Under the pieces are notes generated by a model. That model made no database searches, was not told the origin of the DNA, and saw nothing but the letters and a program-made list of their open reading frames with translations. The translations under genes were made by a program, and so were the position numbers. A DNA stretch of 64,000 bases from Spizellomyces punctatus DAOM BR117 (lineage: Eukaryota): assembly GCA_000182565.2 (NCBI GenBank), contig KQ257462.1; one strand, given 5' to 3'. Positions 37,546 to 53,892 of this stretch are shown one piece after another (within the stretch, counting starts at the first letter, position 1; the number at the start of each line of letters is the position of its first letter).

Positions 37546-39552
37546 GCTTGACTTCAGAGCAGCACTGTTATTATTAGTTTTCATTCCTGTTGTGCTGGAT
37601 GACCTATAGTTGTGGAGATGGAGCCGACCGTACGACTTGAGGTTCCGCTCCTGAGTTGACCCCCCCCCCCCCCAAAAAAAAGGAGAACTGATACCAAATC
37701 ACTCTTACGGGTGCATCATAGCGTGCATCATGGCGTGCATTCAGACGACACCCTCCAGTCCCATATGCAGTCATGAGCGAGTACATATAATGTACGTGTG
37801 AGTGAAATCGACGCGTAAATCCCGTAATCTGCAACTTGCGGACGCCCTTTATCATTGAAATCACACCACTAGAGTACAGAAGGAGGTGTTACTATTGATT
37901 CAATCTCACATAGCCTTATCATAGTTCAAGTGGACACTGCGTCGATATATGGGCTGTGAGGGCTAGCGACCCAGCCGCACAAAGACGTCTCAGCGGGAAA
38001 CGTCCCCATGGACTGGCGTCGGTGCTTTCATACAGGTTTTTCATTCACTGATACGGGTCGACACAAAGTGCCGAGCTTTACGAACAGTGGCCATCTGAAC
38101 GCCCGCATCCAAACTGAACGCCATATATCCGATCTGATTTCTGCGGCCCTTGTCAGCAAGACACAGCCGAAAGGCCAGATCAAGCTCAAAGCATTGCCAT
38201 GCACTTTGGGATCAATGCATCAAAAGAACGCCTGCTGCTATGTACCCTGCTGCTTGGTCAAAACCGCAGAGACCAGGCGACCTAGTGATACAGATTAACC
38301 CGCACGGGTGTTACGGCAGAGGTACGCCCCGCCAGCCTGTTCAGAACTGGTACGCAGTCCCTCCGTGTCGAGGTCACAGCTGTCCAGTGCGAGAGGATGT
38401 GCGGACCAGGCACAACGTCACACTGACCAGATTTTACGAACATGTGCACCAACATGAATGCCGCTCTCTTGAATAGCCATCAGTCCCAACACACACGGAG
38501 GGGTCGATAAACGTCCACTTGAACCCTTCCCAAAGTAAGCTTAACCCTCAAGCTTACCTCTTATTGTTGGCGATGGTGGTTGAAGAAAGGCGAGGAAGAG
38601 ATACAAAAGAAGCGAGGAAGAGACCCAACGCGTCCTGCTTTTATGGGGTTTTTCCCACGCTCCCACATCCGACTCTTGATAAAACCAAATTTGGGCTTAT
38701 GAACTGTTAGAATGACTGTGCCATTCGTATTTGTTCCTGTGTACTAAATTCGGGTTAATCAAGATTTGGCTCATCATTTTAGCTGACCAACGTGTTACGT
38801 AATGTTATGGTCATCGCTCATCGATCGTCTTCCAGATACTCTTCCAAGACAACAGCGCAGAGGTCAACAGAAATATGCCTTGTAGATATTGGAGGATCAT
38901 TCAACTTACAAGGTTTGCAAATTAAAATCATTCTTTTGTGGGATACACACTCTATTTGAATGGCCCACCTGCCTGCTGGTTAAATCAAACCAAAACACAT
39001 TTCACATGTGCCTTCCAGTAGCTCCACTAGCCACACTTCTAGAAGTCTCTAGCCACCGCCACGTTACCGGATATCTGGATACATAGTGGCCGCAAAAGTC
39101 CGCCTTGCTTACTCCCCCCCCCCCCCCCCTCCTCCTCTTGTCACCTTTATTTTTCCAAAGTCTGCTTTTTGCTCGCTCGGGCCAGCCGAACATTACCGCG
39201 TAAAACCCATATTATTTGCTGTTCGTACGTAGCAGCAACATCCGTTCTCGTGCAGTGACCAACCTATTGGAGAGACGCTCGTGGGAGATTGTTATTAAGA
39301 GTGCACAGTAGGTACGGCATCCGCGCAACTCTGTGAGGCGTGACATTGGGGTGTCTATGGTGGTGGAAAAAAACATGCGGTTCGCATCGGCTAATCGCTT
39401 GCATCACCGCAGTTCTTGTTGCATACGAATAGATTGCAACCATTGCACACTGCTGTACTATCGAACGTTATTATAGTCCCGTCCATACCGCGTCGTCATC
39501 AACGTCGACAGTCCCCAACCTCTCCTTTTTCGCGTAATTTCAATACCAAACC

Positions 39553-40682
<1,130 letters not shown>

Positions 40683-41467
40683 TTGATTCCATGGCGATGT
40701 TCCCTTTATCTCAAATAGTGGATTACTTTAGTGACATGATTTCGAGAAGGTTGGCGAGGGAAATGTTGACACGTCCTCCTTGAATCTGTTGCCCCCCATA
40801 TATAGATTTTGTTGTCGAGCAAAGAATTCTCATGTTGTGTGGCGGAAATAGTGTGGCTTTAGGTTGAGTTGGAACGGAAGCGAGGACAATTGGGGTTGGA
40901 GCAATCACAGAAGAGGATACCATGGAGATTTGATGTTGGAAGTGACAGTTGCCCCATATACATGTTCTGTTTGCCGTGCGTAATGGATGTTCTGTGTTCT
41001 TTTATCTTTACTTTTGTTTCCCATTGAAGCCTGAGTATGCATAATTATTGATTTTAATATGCATCTGGCAGCTTGCGTGGCCCCAACGTTTTGATAATAC
41101 AAGGATAATGCTGGATTGGAAACTTGCAAGCCGACCGACCGTGTTTTGTCACGTGCCGTATTACGCGAAGCTTCGGACCTAGAGTGTCAAAGTTCACTTT
41201 GTCAAGATCCCCAATGGCATCTCTCTGCGTATTGTAATGTCAAGTAATATCATATTTTCCAATGTCCGCTGAGAAGAGAATGATAGTAGCATAAGCGTCG
41301 TAAGAACCGGCGAAAACCTTACGGACCCATTCTACTGTCATTTGTGCGCAATTGCCGGGCCAATTCGATAGCATTTACACCTCCCCCCGGAGGCAGCCGT
41401 ATATATCGTCCTTTCAACAACGTTGTTGAGCTGTCATAATATCATCAGCCGGAGTTTATAGCCAACC

Positions 41468-44400
41468 ATGAGCGACGAGAAAAGGATGGAGAAGCTCTTG
41501 AAGAGAGCCAAGCCCTTTTTGGATGAAAAGTTGAAGGCGAAGCAGAGATTAAGTTCTTTGTGGAATTTTTTAGGTCCGTAGTACAAAGTATTTTATGTAT
41601 TGGATTATGAAGTCTGGCAAATTGGCAGAGGTCTTGGGGCTACTCCCCTATCGGATCGGATCGCATCATTCGAAGAGCTCAATCCTACGCACCAGAAATC
41701 TAATCCTTCTCACCGCATAGACAACGCAAACGAGCAAGATCAATGTAAATTCTTTCAGGAACATGACTATCCCGTCTACACAGTCATGTACGACTGCTTT
41801 TCTCATCAAGTCGACAAAATCAAATGTAAGTAGTTGATTAATCGATTATCCCCTGGGTAGTACCTGATTGGAAGTGATATATTAACACACCATATTACCA
41901 GCACGAGAGAAGCCAGAGAAACCCTTGCCAGTTACGAGCAAGGAAGTCAACGACCTAATGCGAATTTTGCAAATATTGAGAAAGATATTTGCGTACCTTC
42001 CCGAGAAGATGCGATCAGGATGGCAACGGCGAAGCATTGGTAGGTGATGTCGGTCAGTACGACTTTCTGACTACTTTTTTCACAAATGCATTTGTATAGT
42101 TGGAGTACTTCATACGCTGTTGGCAACGACGAATCACCCAAAACTGCGTATAGAGGGATTTCGTCTCCTTCTGATGTATCTTGGCTGTCAGACTAGTGAA
42201 TCAAGCGAAATTATGCCTCTGTTTGCGAATGCTATGCCACTGGCTGTATTCGATGCATTTCCCTTACCAAATCCTATTGAGCTGGCGAAAGGAGACTGCG
42301 AAGATGAAGAGACGGGATGGTTAATATCCGTTGATGATGGAATAAATAGTGGGCGAGGGGCTCCTGGTGAGTGGAAGGGCGAAGGGAAGGGCCGCTTGGG
42401 TCAGACTCCCATCGAGTGGGAGAGACGAGTACATACTTTTATGACTGGCTCGTCTGGTGTGGGTTCTGGGAATAGCTGTAAGTGTTTGCAAAGGTTTCAC
42501 GTTTGGTGTAAGTGTCATCTTGTTTACTCCATTTAATAACTGAAACAGCCATTGACAAGACATCCTTGTTGCCGAGCAATACTCCCTTCACATCTTACGA
42601 CTGTGTCGACCTTTTTGAAGAGATTCTACATAGTCTTGTGGTAGCTGCAGGAGGATCTGATCCTACGGTTCCAATTCAGCCAGCACCAGCATCTCGAACT
42701 ATTTCTTCACTATCATCACGAACACCCTCTTTTGGCGATATTAGACAAAGTATCACAAATGCTATAAGTGATACAAGATCCTCTGGAGGTCGATATGGGA
42801 ATGAGCCGTCATCAACGGGGCGTCCTGAGGACAGCACGGACGATGCGGTGGTATCAACAAAATTGGAGTTCTTGTGGGAAATATTTAAAAAGTATTACTT
42901 GAGACTGCTGTTCCCTCGAGTTTCGCGAAAAGTTGGGATGGAAGTTGAAGATGGAGAAGGTATATCGTTGCTGATCGTTTGAGAGCATTATCATGATATA
43001 TAACCATCAGTTCTGATTATTGAAGGATTCGCGACTTGCCCTCCCCAATTACTGCACTGTCTCATTAACTTTCTCATACGACACGTTGCCGATCCTTCGT
43101 CTTCATCTTCCCCTTTGCGAACTTTACTTCTTGGAACCGATAGCTCGAATCATGACATGGTGCACGAGTGGCTTCGACAGGCGATGCTATTGCCCTATGT
43201 ATGGAGCGATGTAACTCGTGGTGCAATAGGAGTCATAAGGATTTGGTGTAATCTGCCTGTAAGTGACTTTAACAGTTCTACCATATTTAATCAAACAAGA
43301 CAACTCAGTTTTGCCCTACTTGAAAGAACGATGAACGACCGCCGTTTCTCCGATTTCCAGCAGCGAGGCAATCGGTCACAGGTTCAGATGAGAAGCTGGC
43401 TGATGATGATGGTGTCGACCCGAATGTATTCCTGAGGCGGTACATCCGAACTTTACGATTGGCGTTCTTGGAGAAACCGGATAGTGTGGAATACATTGAT
43501 TCCCAAGTACGGAAATGCATCTCCTGATATGGTTTTTTATGCTCTCTCTCACCGTTCAATGGCTTAGATGTCGATTTTTAACGAAGTGCTCTCTTTGTAC
43601 CGTTTCTTGACACTTGACACCACCCACCTTTCACCATCTCGCGCAACGTGGCACACCCTGACTTCAACTCTGTTGGATATTACCTCGCAAGTCCTTTGCC
43701 AAACCGATCCTTGCGCGGTGGTTCACAATTCTACAAGGGCTGCCGAAATCGCCGATATACTTCTGGAGACTGTGTTCTGCACGTGGGTGCGAATCGGCCT
43801 ACGGGAAGATGAGATATGGCGAACACTGAGAAAAGTTATCAAGACTTGTACTCGTTGGAGAGAGTGCATTGTACAATGGGAGGTCAGTGTGGTTATATGT
43901 ACTTTATCCTCGTTCATGCACTCAAAGTTCAGCTCTATTAGAAAACTACAATGAAACTGACTCGGATTCTATCACACCACGTATACTCCATCGACCTGGA
44001 CGTCGGTTCCAACACCGATTTGTCCCGACAACCGTCAGTTGCACCTACGCCCACCAGTGCAACAAGTGCAACCACCGTGACACCCCATAGCAAAACTGTT
44101 CCGACGTCATCTACATCATCGGGACCGACCCGGACCCGCGATCGATCTCAATCCATTTACTCCACAGGAGGTCCTCCAAAGATTACGAGCACCCAAATCA
44201 GAACCAGATCAGATACATCCAACACTCTTCACGGTGCCAAGAGTGAGTCAGATTTGGGTGGTGCATCTAGAAGCGGTGTCAGTTCGCCAGAACCGCGACC
44301 TGCGGAGAAAGCATGGGCAATTGGGTCAATGGCGGGGAGGAGCAAAGAAGGGGACACCAAAACCGGCAGTGTTGGAACAAGCGATGAAGTCACGGACGGA

Positions 44401-47400
44401 TCACTTGGGAGGAAGAATGAGACTGGTGTGGTTCCAGTGAGTTATAGATTTCCTATTTTTGTGCGTAGATTCAGTATATGTAACGGTCAACTTCACCAGC
44501 CAAAGAATGACAAGAAGACCGGCATATCTGTTCACTTGGAAGCTGCTGACAAGTAAGCATCCCAAAACTTGCCTCTGTCAGTGCAAAACCGCTAATTGGA
44601 TGTTTTTGCTACAAGTCCCAGCCGCATTCCAATACTTAGCATACAGCGAAGCTCGCCAACACCGGAATTTGAAGATTTATCTCATCTTCCGTTCTGGGAT
44701 GCGGAAACGGCTCTGTTTGCATGGAAGAATGTTGTCTGTGTGTTGGGTGATGTTAATGAGATTCAAGTGGGTATCTGAGCACACAGGGTGAATTCCCCCA
44801 AACAGGATGGACCTTATTGAATATTGATAACACGTTGCACTTTCTATTGTTAGGTGGCATCAAATCACGCATTAGCTATTGCTTGTCTCATGGCTGTATG
44901 GGATACATTGGAAAAGGTAAGTTCATTCTTCTCTTTCTTTGCGGTGCACCCTATTTTCTCAAATAGTTGTGTTTATGTTGGCAAGATACGAATGAGTCAA
45001 CCCTACGAAGGAGATGTCATACTCATGCCGCCTCTGTTCCAATTCGCAACATGGTTCTTCAAAGCTGCGGATTTGGGAGAGTGAGTTGAGTTGCGGTTTT
45101 TCTGGTGGTCAACTTAGGGAAGTTCTGACCTGTCTCTGTCTGTAGCGAGTACGCAGAAGGGAGAGCCATTGCATACGAGAGCATATGTAAGATGATGTGT
45201 CGTAGGCACGATCAACCATTCCCAGAGGATTACTTTTCACACTTCTTCCGGCTCCTGGCAAAGGTAAGTGGGCACACCCAAGTGGAGAGACGCACTCTAT
45301 GTCAGATGCCATCTCATACTTGCGTGGCTGTTCATAGGGTTTTGCGTCTGATGATAGGAAAGTTGTATACGCCATATTAGCAAATTGCCGGAAACTCTTC
45401 GCCCTCGGCCTACCGGGCAGTTATATCCTCATCCAGCCATTCATGAAATGTATTCGGAACCTGGTAAATAATCCATCTTTATATCCTTGAGTACATGTAT
45501 ACTAAAGTGAGTGTATCTGCAGTTCGTTGATGGAGGTCAAAAGGCCGATGCACAGAATATCCCAGAGTCAATTCGGCAGGACGCGATTGTCATTCTTTCT
45601 TCACTGATTCCCGTTTCAAACCATTACGGAAGGCAAGAAGACATGCAACTACGACGCATGTCGTCGACCTCTCAGACAGTTCCTACCTTGCAACCGTCCC
45701 GACAGTCTAGCAAAGACGGAATGTACATTGGATCGGATTATAGTGGGCATATTGAAAGCTCTCGACCCCAATCCGTGTTGAGTCGTCGAGAAGTCACACC
45801 TCCCAGACCCATCAGTACCAACCAGCTCGGAGCTCCACCACGACCTCCAACCCCATCTCCCGCTGCCATAGCAGCCGCTGCTGCTGCTGCCGCGCGGGCA
45901 GCCAACAAAGCATCACCGTCGACAACATCACCACGTCCAGTTTTATTACCTCCATCTCCTGCAGCCCTCGCTGCAGCTAATCGAGTAGTTACAAGCACGA
46001 TGCCAGTATCGCCTCAATTTCGCCCCTCTGTAGCTCACTCTCCAGACGGTGGGGGATACCTGTTCCCAACTGTTTCATCACCGCAGACACAAATGCCATC
46101 ACCGGAGCTGGCGATACCCATCCTCGGCCATATGCAAACTGCTGACCCTCCGACCATGTCATTCTTGGAATTAAAATTAACAATCAAAGACATATTGCTG
46201 GCCTTGATAACAGAGGAGAGATCACCTTCTCGTCATGAGAAAAATCCGGAGACTTTGGCGCTCTTAATGTGGAGTATAAGCGTCCTTGCATTTGAAGAAA
46301 TGATTGGGTGTCAAAGGTAGTGAAATGGACATGTATCATCCTTCATATGCTTGCTCAAACCTTTGTTTTTTAGACCGGTTAAAGAAGTAGTCGATGATTG
46401 CATAAATACGCTGCTCGATCATCTGACAGTAACAAACTTGAAAGTCGTGCATGCCGCTGCTGATGCGCTGACACTGTTTGCTCACAATTATAAGCTGGTT
46501 AATTATCTTGATAAGGTACGTCAAAGAGAACACAAAGAACCTGCTGGATATCTGGCGAATTTGAACTCGAATATGTTTGCTCCTAGCCTATTCTTCAAGG
46601 TGTGGTTGAAAAAATTGTGGGTGCATTGACTGAGCAGATGTTGTTCCAACATGGCCTTACAAGCAAACAAGTTCGCGGTAAGTCTTTAGTATGGTTTTCA
46701 TGCGGTTATACTGTTGGACTGACAGCATTGATACAGGGTATCTTGTATCCCGGCTCTTGTACTGCCTCCTTGAGTGGGTTATGATTCTCCCACCAGACCT
46801 GTGGGCCGTTCCAAAAGTAGCGCATATGGTGTTTGAGGTCATCGAGAATGCTCTAAGTGCCTCTGATGGAGGCCATGGAAGCGTTGGATCGGGGGTATGT
46901 GGACTCCTTATTCAACCTAATGCACCGCAGTTCACAAAATTAACTCCATGATTGTTCAAAGTCTGAATCCGATCGCTCCATACAGTCATCAGTCCGCAAA
47001 CCACGTATGAGCATCCACGAGGCTGCACCATTCCTCGTAAATACTGCTATGGGTACACGAGAGGGAAGCTCTTCCTTCCCGCGTGATCGTCGGTCAATGA
47101 TGATATCGGACGGGAAGCCTACCGCGACCGATCGAGCCGAAGTGAGCGCTACCACTAACGGGCTGAACCAGCCTACGGCAAAATCTAGCTTTGATGATCA
47201 GGATGGTGATAGCAACTTGATCATGGTTCGTCAGATGCCCAGTTACTTGCTGGAAATACGCTAATGTTCTGGCTCTACAGGAGACCGCTGAGAATGTCTT
47301 GACCCATATCATACACCATGTAAACAATTTTGCACAGCCTTGCGGTGCAGCCATGCTTGGAAGGTACGATGCAGGCCAGATGTCAGATTTCGTCCCTGCT

Positions 47401-49667
47401 ATGTCTAACAGGACCTCACTGGTGGACATCGGCACAGTCAGCTAATTGACCCAGCTCTGACTGAAGATCCTGGGAAGGATGGCGAGCGGTATCTGTACTT
47501 CACTTACAACAAGACCACTCTGATCACGGTGATCGATATGCCGGGGCGTACCCCACTGGGTAAGCATCCAGTGTGTTTAAGTGTAGGATGGGAATTGCGT
47601 GGCCGCGTATATTGATCATGACATTTGGAATCATGCGCAGACTCCCGAGCTCGTCTCATAATTCGCGATATGACTGGTCGATATTCTTGGGATACATATC
47701 TGTTTTACGAAGACTTGCAGAAAATGAGACTAAGAACAGAACAGCAAACTTCTCTTCATCTCTCTGACGAATCCATGGATGATGCTCCAGCCCGATTTGA
47801 TGCAGATCCATGTCAGTATCAAGGAATTGTATCAGCACTCAAACTTGCTGACGACATCAGTTTCGAGGAGAATGTCAGAAGATTTGTGCCGTAAGATTTG
47901 TTGGATTATGTGGAGTTTAATCACTTCGGAGACTGATACTTGATGAACCGTAGTGATCCCGTCACATATGTACGAGAACAGGGAACCATGCCTGAGTGGA
48001 AAGAAAACACAGGAGTTGAGACTGCGGACATGTTGGATGAATTGCTTCAGTAGTAAGTCCGAATGTTAAGCGATTCCGGATGCCCCACCGATGCTAATCT
48101 ATCTTACCTAAAGTATTGGAACGGCTCATCCAGACTGTCTTCTACGGGATAGCACTCCCCTAAATGTTCCACCAGAACTGCACGCCCCCGCTCGCGATGC
48201 CGTTGGCGAGATGGGCAAGCAGCTGCAGCGTCAAATTGATGCTGAACGCCAATGTGCCGAATTCTTTGTCAATGATTCTCTGGGAGAAACAGTTCAGCGA
48301 ATACATGTTACAAACGGAGAAGCGCGACGTATCGAACCACACCCACCACCTGTCGACATGACCACCGAAAGCTCCAATCCTCCACGTCGTCGAGCAACCG
48401 TTCCACATGTGCAAACCTCTCAGCGACCCTTATCACAGCACTCACAGCGAGAATCAATCCTGTCTGAATCCGTTGAACCGACCAAGAGCTACATTCGTGT
48501 GAAACCTGGCCCGCACCCACACACTGCAACTCCGTATCAGCGTGCACGGCTGTTACTGAGCCATTTGGGACATGTTGACTTTGATGGGCTAAAGTTTGGA
48601 TCCTTTCATATGCTCGGGAAAACTCCGGCGTTGTATCGAGACATCAAAGTCCTGGATCGCAAGCATGGGTAAGCTGGCTTGATATGCCTTTCCGGTAGCC
48701 TGCAACTAACCTAACCATACAGGCGAGAAACTATCAAACTTGCCATTATTTATGTTGCTCCTGGACAAGAGGATGAACAAAGCATTTTCAGGAACGAGCA
48801 CGGGAGTGTGGAGTACGAGGAGTTTGTATCTAGTCTAGGTTGGGAGGTACGTCGAGAAGGCTTACATCTTGCATGGCTTGTACAGGACTGACAATCGTTC
48901 TCACCTACTAGATTGATTTGGCTACGCACCCAGGGTTTTTGGGGGGCTTGGAACGAAGTCTTGCAAACGGAAGTATTGCGACGTACTATTGTACCTCAAC
49001 ATTGGAAATGCTTTTTCACGATGTGACCAAGATGCCTACAGACCCTAATGACCCGAAGCAGTTAAAGAAGGTAAGATGTATTGAGTCCAAAAGCTGTTTG
49101 ACTTTCATTTCCTGATATGTTTTTTTGGTTCTATGGTAGAAACGTCACATTGGGAATGACCATGTCCACATTGTATGGAACGAACACCACCGTGAATATC
49201 GGCGGGGAACAATTGGAGGCGATTTCGGAAATGCGCAAATCATCATCACTCCCCGAACGGATGGACTCTTCTCAGTCGAAGTGCTACGGGACGCCAAAGT
49301 TCCATCCTTTGGCCCGCTGCACAACCAAATGGTCGTTAACAAGAAAGTCTTGGGTCCCCTCGTTCGCCAGACGGCTCTGAATGCATACCGAGCCGCACTT
49401 GCCATTGGCGATCCGATGCAAAAGCAGAACAAGCACGTGGTGGGCATTCCACTCAATCGACATGCATTTGTAGCGAGGCGAGAGGATATAAAAACGATTG
49501 CGGAACGCCATAAAGTGGCCAAATGGACATTTGAGCGCTTTGTTGAGAGCGTATTTGCGACTGGGGCTGAAGGCATTGTAGGCCAAGTTGAAAACACTGC
49601 GGGTAGCAATGCCGGATTGTCAGGGTCTTCACCACTAGGGAAAATTGTCAGTGGACTGGTGGCATGA
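41468..49667 (+). CDS. Ral GTPase-activating protein alpha subunit-like (RapGAP/tuberin-like domain), many exons
   Basis: N-terminus [15 protein letters not shown]...FFQEH...ILQILRKIF...[14 protein letters not shown] resembles RALGAPA. C-terminal GAP domain: [75 protein letters not shown]. Confidence 0.88.
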
Positions 49668-50008
49668 TGAGACTATGTCGGACGGTGTTATTAATAATGG
49701 CAAGGACTGATGCCATTTTTCTAATCTCACGCAAAACATCAATCTGGATACGAAGGAATGGGGTACCCAGAGTTCATATTTGATAGAATTTAATACACTG
49801 TAGTTATGGGCATTTGTTTATCCTTTCGTGGTAGGCTATAAAGCTTCCTGTGCCCACATATCCAGCCGGGTTAAACAGCTTCCAATCTCACTGTTAGTTT
49901 TTAGCTGCTGGGATAGGAAGCTCAAAGCACAACTGCGCCGCGAGCTGTCCAAGCTATCGCTGGTGAGTGCTCTCATTTGCCGTCTTCCCGTATATCCTGG
50001 TACGCAAG

Positions 50009-50807
50009 ATGCCTATCGTACCTTTGCCGACGACCAGCCCAAAATTGAAAGATCGCATTTCACCCAATGCTCAGATGCCGCATAACGACATGCCACATAT
50101 TCTATCACTCCCATACAACCTCCTCCATTACATACTGGTGGACCTGATCGGCGAAGATCTAATCGTTCATGCAGCGGGATCTGAATATCTGAAACTAGCA
50201 TCGGCTTGCAAGCTGTTTCAACAAATCCTGTACCATCGCACCTTTCGACGACGGATGATGCAAAGCATGGCGACAGCTTTGCACGCGAGGACGGGAGCGG
50301 TGATGAACAAGCCGGAGGGTGATGATCTTCAGCAGTCGATTTTCAGGTTTGTGCAAAAAAAGGAACTATATATGCCCGGCGGAATATGTACTCATCCCAC
50401 ATTTTAGGCTGCTTGTAAATCGATCACAATGTACCCGAGAAGTATGCAACAACGCTAACCCTTTTCAAAATCCGTACATTGATCGATACTACCTCTTGGA
50501 GCTCCTTCTCTATGTCTATGACCCTCATGAGTTATACCGCATGGCTCTTCCTTACATTCCGTTTGTCCGATCACCGCGCATCTTTGACTTCAGCATGGAT
50601 ACCATGCATGAGACAGTTGCATGCTTGCAATGGTACATAGTGGAAAATGATGAGAACAACATTGTGCTGTTGAAGAATGCGTGGAATAAGCGGGAGCAGG
50701 ACGGCCTGGAGGTGTGGCTGTTAGTGGAGTTTGGAATGATATTTGATTATTTTGGTGGATTTGCTTCTGGATGGACGATTGGGAGGCGGTCAAAGACTGT
50801 TATCTGA
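50009..50807 (+). CDS. Hypothetical protein with an F-box-like N-terminal motif
   Basis: HILSLPYNLLHYILVDL...YLKLASACKLFQQIL; two ORFs are joinable through an intron near 50388-50441. Confidence 0.5.
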
Positions 50808-52167
50808 TGAACAATTGAACGGAGGACTCATTGGCGCAACTGTAAAACGGAGTGTATCGGGGTTGCTAAATCCCTGTCCTATGTCGGACTCTCAGAAATC
50901 CAGCACGGTTTGTAAATAGCTGTTGTATAGCATGATGCACATTTCTCGTTGCTGTGCAGTTGTATTGTATCAAGCATTCATTACACTCAACTATGAATTC
51001 CCTGGAATTAATCTTCACAGATGATGGTGGATCTCTTGATTTCACAATATATGGTCCACCGAGCAGACTAGGAATATCAGATTCGTCCTATGCAAATTTG
51101 AACGACATCAGCTGGTATTCTCTTTGATATTGCAAATGTCGGTTCAAGGACGAATTTGGATATCAAGATATACCTCAGCCTATCCGGCTCAAAAGAATAG
51201 TATCCGACATGGCGGGACTCATTAGTGATAGTAAGCTGGTCGGGAATATCCCCATTTTCAAATATTATGGATGTGGAATGCTTTGAGACATAAATATGGG
51301 GTCAGGCGATGGAATGCCCAATTTTAGCGTTACCGTATCATTGTCAGATATAGGTGGCTGCAAATCGTTTTGACAGGTAAAAAACCAGTAAGAAACTTTT
51401 GCAAAGAAAATATGGCGAGCAAAGAATAGAGGATACGAAAACGTGGCCATGGCAAAATGCCATCTGGAAGCTCCCGTCGTTGTCGTCTACGGGATAGTCC
51501 GACGCCGCGGACTGTGCAGTTGCTGCCCCCAAAAACATCAAATGGAATTGAATAGCGTAGACAGCATGGCATTTTCAGGTTTACAAAAGGGATTGACGTA
51601 GGGTCATGATGGCAGAAATCGTTAGACTTTAGAGACAGTTGACACTTTTTTGCCACGGTTTGCCTTTTCCAATGTGCTATTTTCATATTTATTTTATTTA
51701 GACCCAGCATCAGTTTTTTTGACGTATTTTTAAACAAAATGAGTTTCCAATTGGGTCACGGTTTGGGTGTTTTATAAATCGGCCAAAGCCCAAAATAATA
51801 ACGAGCACACTTGTCGTGTTTTGGGCTTGACTAGTGTTCTTTTTTTTTACTTTTTTTTTATTTTATTTCCATCTGGTGAGCAACATACCTAAATCCGTGA
51901 GTGTGAAAAGGAAACGGTTTTTTACCATAGTCCAAGCTCGCTTTTCGCCAGCAGCTTTTGGAATTTTCCGCAAAAGCCCTGCTTTGGCCTTTTGACACCC
52001 TGGCACACAAACCCTTTTGCGGCCCTTTTTGGCCTTTTACCTGGTGGTCTTTTGCCAAAGTACACACAGCTTCCGCTTGAACCTTTATCTCCCGCCCTGC
52101 TGCATAACAACCCATCCACAGTGGTTCACAAAGCAACCCATAGTAGGTGTTTGCTAGTTGACACGCA

Positions 52168-53892
52168 ATGATAAGACCTACTCCGCGCTGTACCATCCAC
52201 CTCTCACGCCGACCCTAAACCTTCCCCCCGATGCACAAGACATATCCTACATTGCCTCCCGCCCGGATGCAATCCACATTGTCCTTGACAGAGAGTTTGA
52301 TGCGCTCCTCGATCCGCCGCCTCTGCTTATTCATGGGAGAGTTCAAGTGGAGGTGAAGGGATCGTCGACGGTCAATAGGGTGGAGGTAGAGCTTGTTGGT
52401 ATTGAAAAGGAGTATCATCCTGCGAATCCGTTTGTGGAAAAGGAGTTGGTCAAGGAGGAGTTGGTTCTTTGGGAAGGAGTGGAGGGGGAGAGGACTTTGG
52501 GAGATGGGAGGTTCGTGATGTTTTTTTTTTTTTTTTGCTCGTTTTATTGTAAGTTTTTAAATCTTGGTTTTTTTCTTTTTTGATAGTCATGAATTTTCCT
52601 TTTCGATTCCTTTTCCATCCGATGTTCCACCCAGTCTCAAGGTTCCGTATGGCGAAGTATCCTACAAAGTAATTGTCACCCTGCATCGCAAACTCCTCTT
52701 CCCCGTAACAAGTCACCAAGAAGTAATTGTTCGTCGCTGCTTTCCGGCGCGGGCTCGATCTTCGTCCAAAACCCGATCGGTATCGCCTTCCGCCCGCATT
52801 CCAATGCTCGGATTGCGTGGCAGAAGCCCTACCCGAGACTCGGTGCGAAGTAGTAGTAGTACGGACTCGAGACGGTCTTCTAGGCGGTCGTTGACGACGG
52901 TTGACGAGGTGAGTCAATCCGGGAGTCAGACGTGGGCGTCTTTGACTAGGACGTTGAGTCGCGAAAGTGTTGCATCTCCAACGAGGTTGAATCCCCGCGG
53001 TGATGCCGAGTCGTCTCCGCAATACTATGATGAGCGACCCTTTGTAATCGAACGAAAGAATGAAGTATACACTGGTCCGACATCCGATGGGGAATTCATT
53101 TACAGCGTCACACTACCACGCCCCATTCTCCGCGACGAAAATGAAGTAAAAGTCGAACTTTGTATCGAAGATGGGACAGAACAAGTAGGATCAGTGCGAT
53201 CAATTGAATGCGACCTCATTGAGCGTCGATCATTCAGATACGATTGCCCGTTCGATAACCTCCCGTCTTTTAAACCGGCCATGGAAGAATCCACTCTCAC
53301 GAAACCGTCCATAAAGTATAAGCTCTCACAACACCAAATCATGCAGAAGCGACATTCTTTACCGTTTTTGCTTGATGTCACCGAAGCAGCACCGGATGTC
53401 TCTACGGAGACGTTGGCCATCTCTCACATTGTACGAATAGGGATTGAGTTTGAACCTGGTGGTGACGCAGTGAGTGCGCAAGACACGGGTGAAGAACGGG
53501 GACGAAGTATCTGGAGGGGCCATGCAATAGGCAAAAAAAAGAAGAGGCGACGCCTTGTTGTTGTGGAGATTCCTGCCCTGATTAGGGATGCGGTAGCCGT
53601 TGGACCTGTGGATGATGACATTGAAGTCGACGCGGTGGATATACCCGATACAGACCCACCCGAATTCAACATGTTTATAACACCCGCTACACCCGCCGCG
53701 GCCATTGTGCACTCCACACATACAACCGCATCAAACCCTTTTCTGCACGCTGCAGCTGCCGATGCGGAAAGTCTTTCTTCCGCCAGGTCTGCCGCCTTGT
53801 CTGGCTCGGGAGCACTCTCTGTGCCGTGTTTAGCACACACAGCGGAAAGGCAGAGAAGTAGGAGCCCTCTTAGGAGAATCGCTTTGCTTTGA
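52168..53892 (+). CDS. Alpha-arrestin-like protein, 3 exons
   Basis: IHGRVQVEV..VNRVEVELVGIEK, then HEFSFSIPFPSDVPPSLKVPYGEVSYKVIVTL, and LAISHIVRIGIEF. ATG 52168 joins the frame through a predicted 50-nt intron (52190-52239). Confidence 0.78.

Noticed and set aside
37995-38700. GGGAAACGTCCCC and ACCAAATTTGGGCTTA loosely resemble RNase MRP/P CR-I and CR-V
   Set aside because: P4 pairing is poor, spacing is about 700 nt and I see no P1 helix; an Infernal search would be needed.
52158-52240. Non-AUG (TTG) start for the arrestin-like gene
   Set aside because: ATG 52168 plus a plausible 50-nt intron restores the frame.
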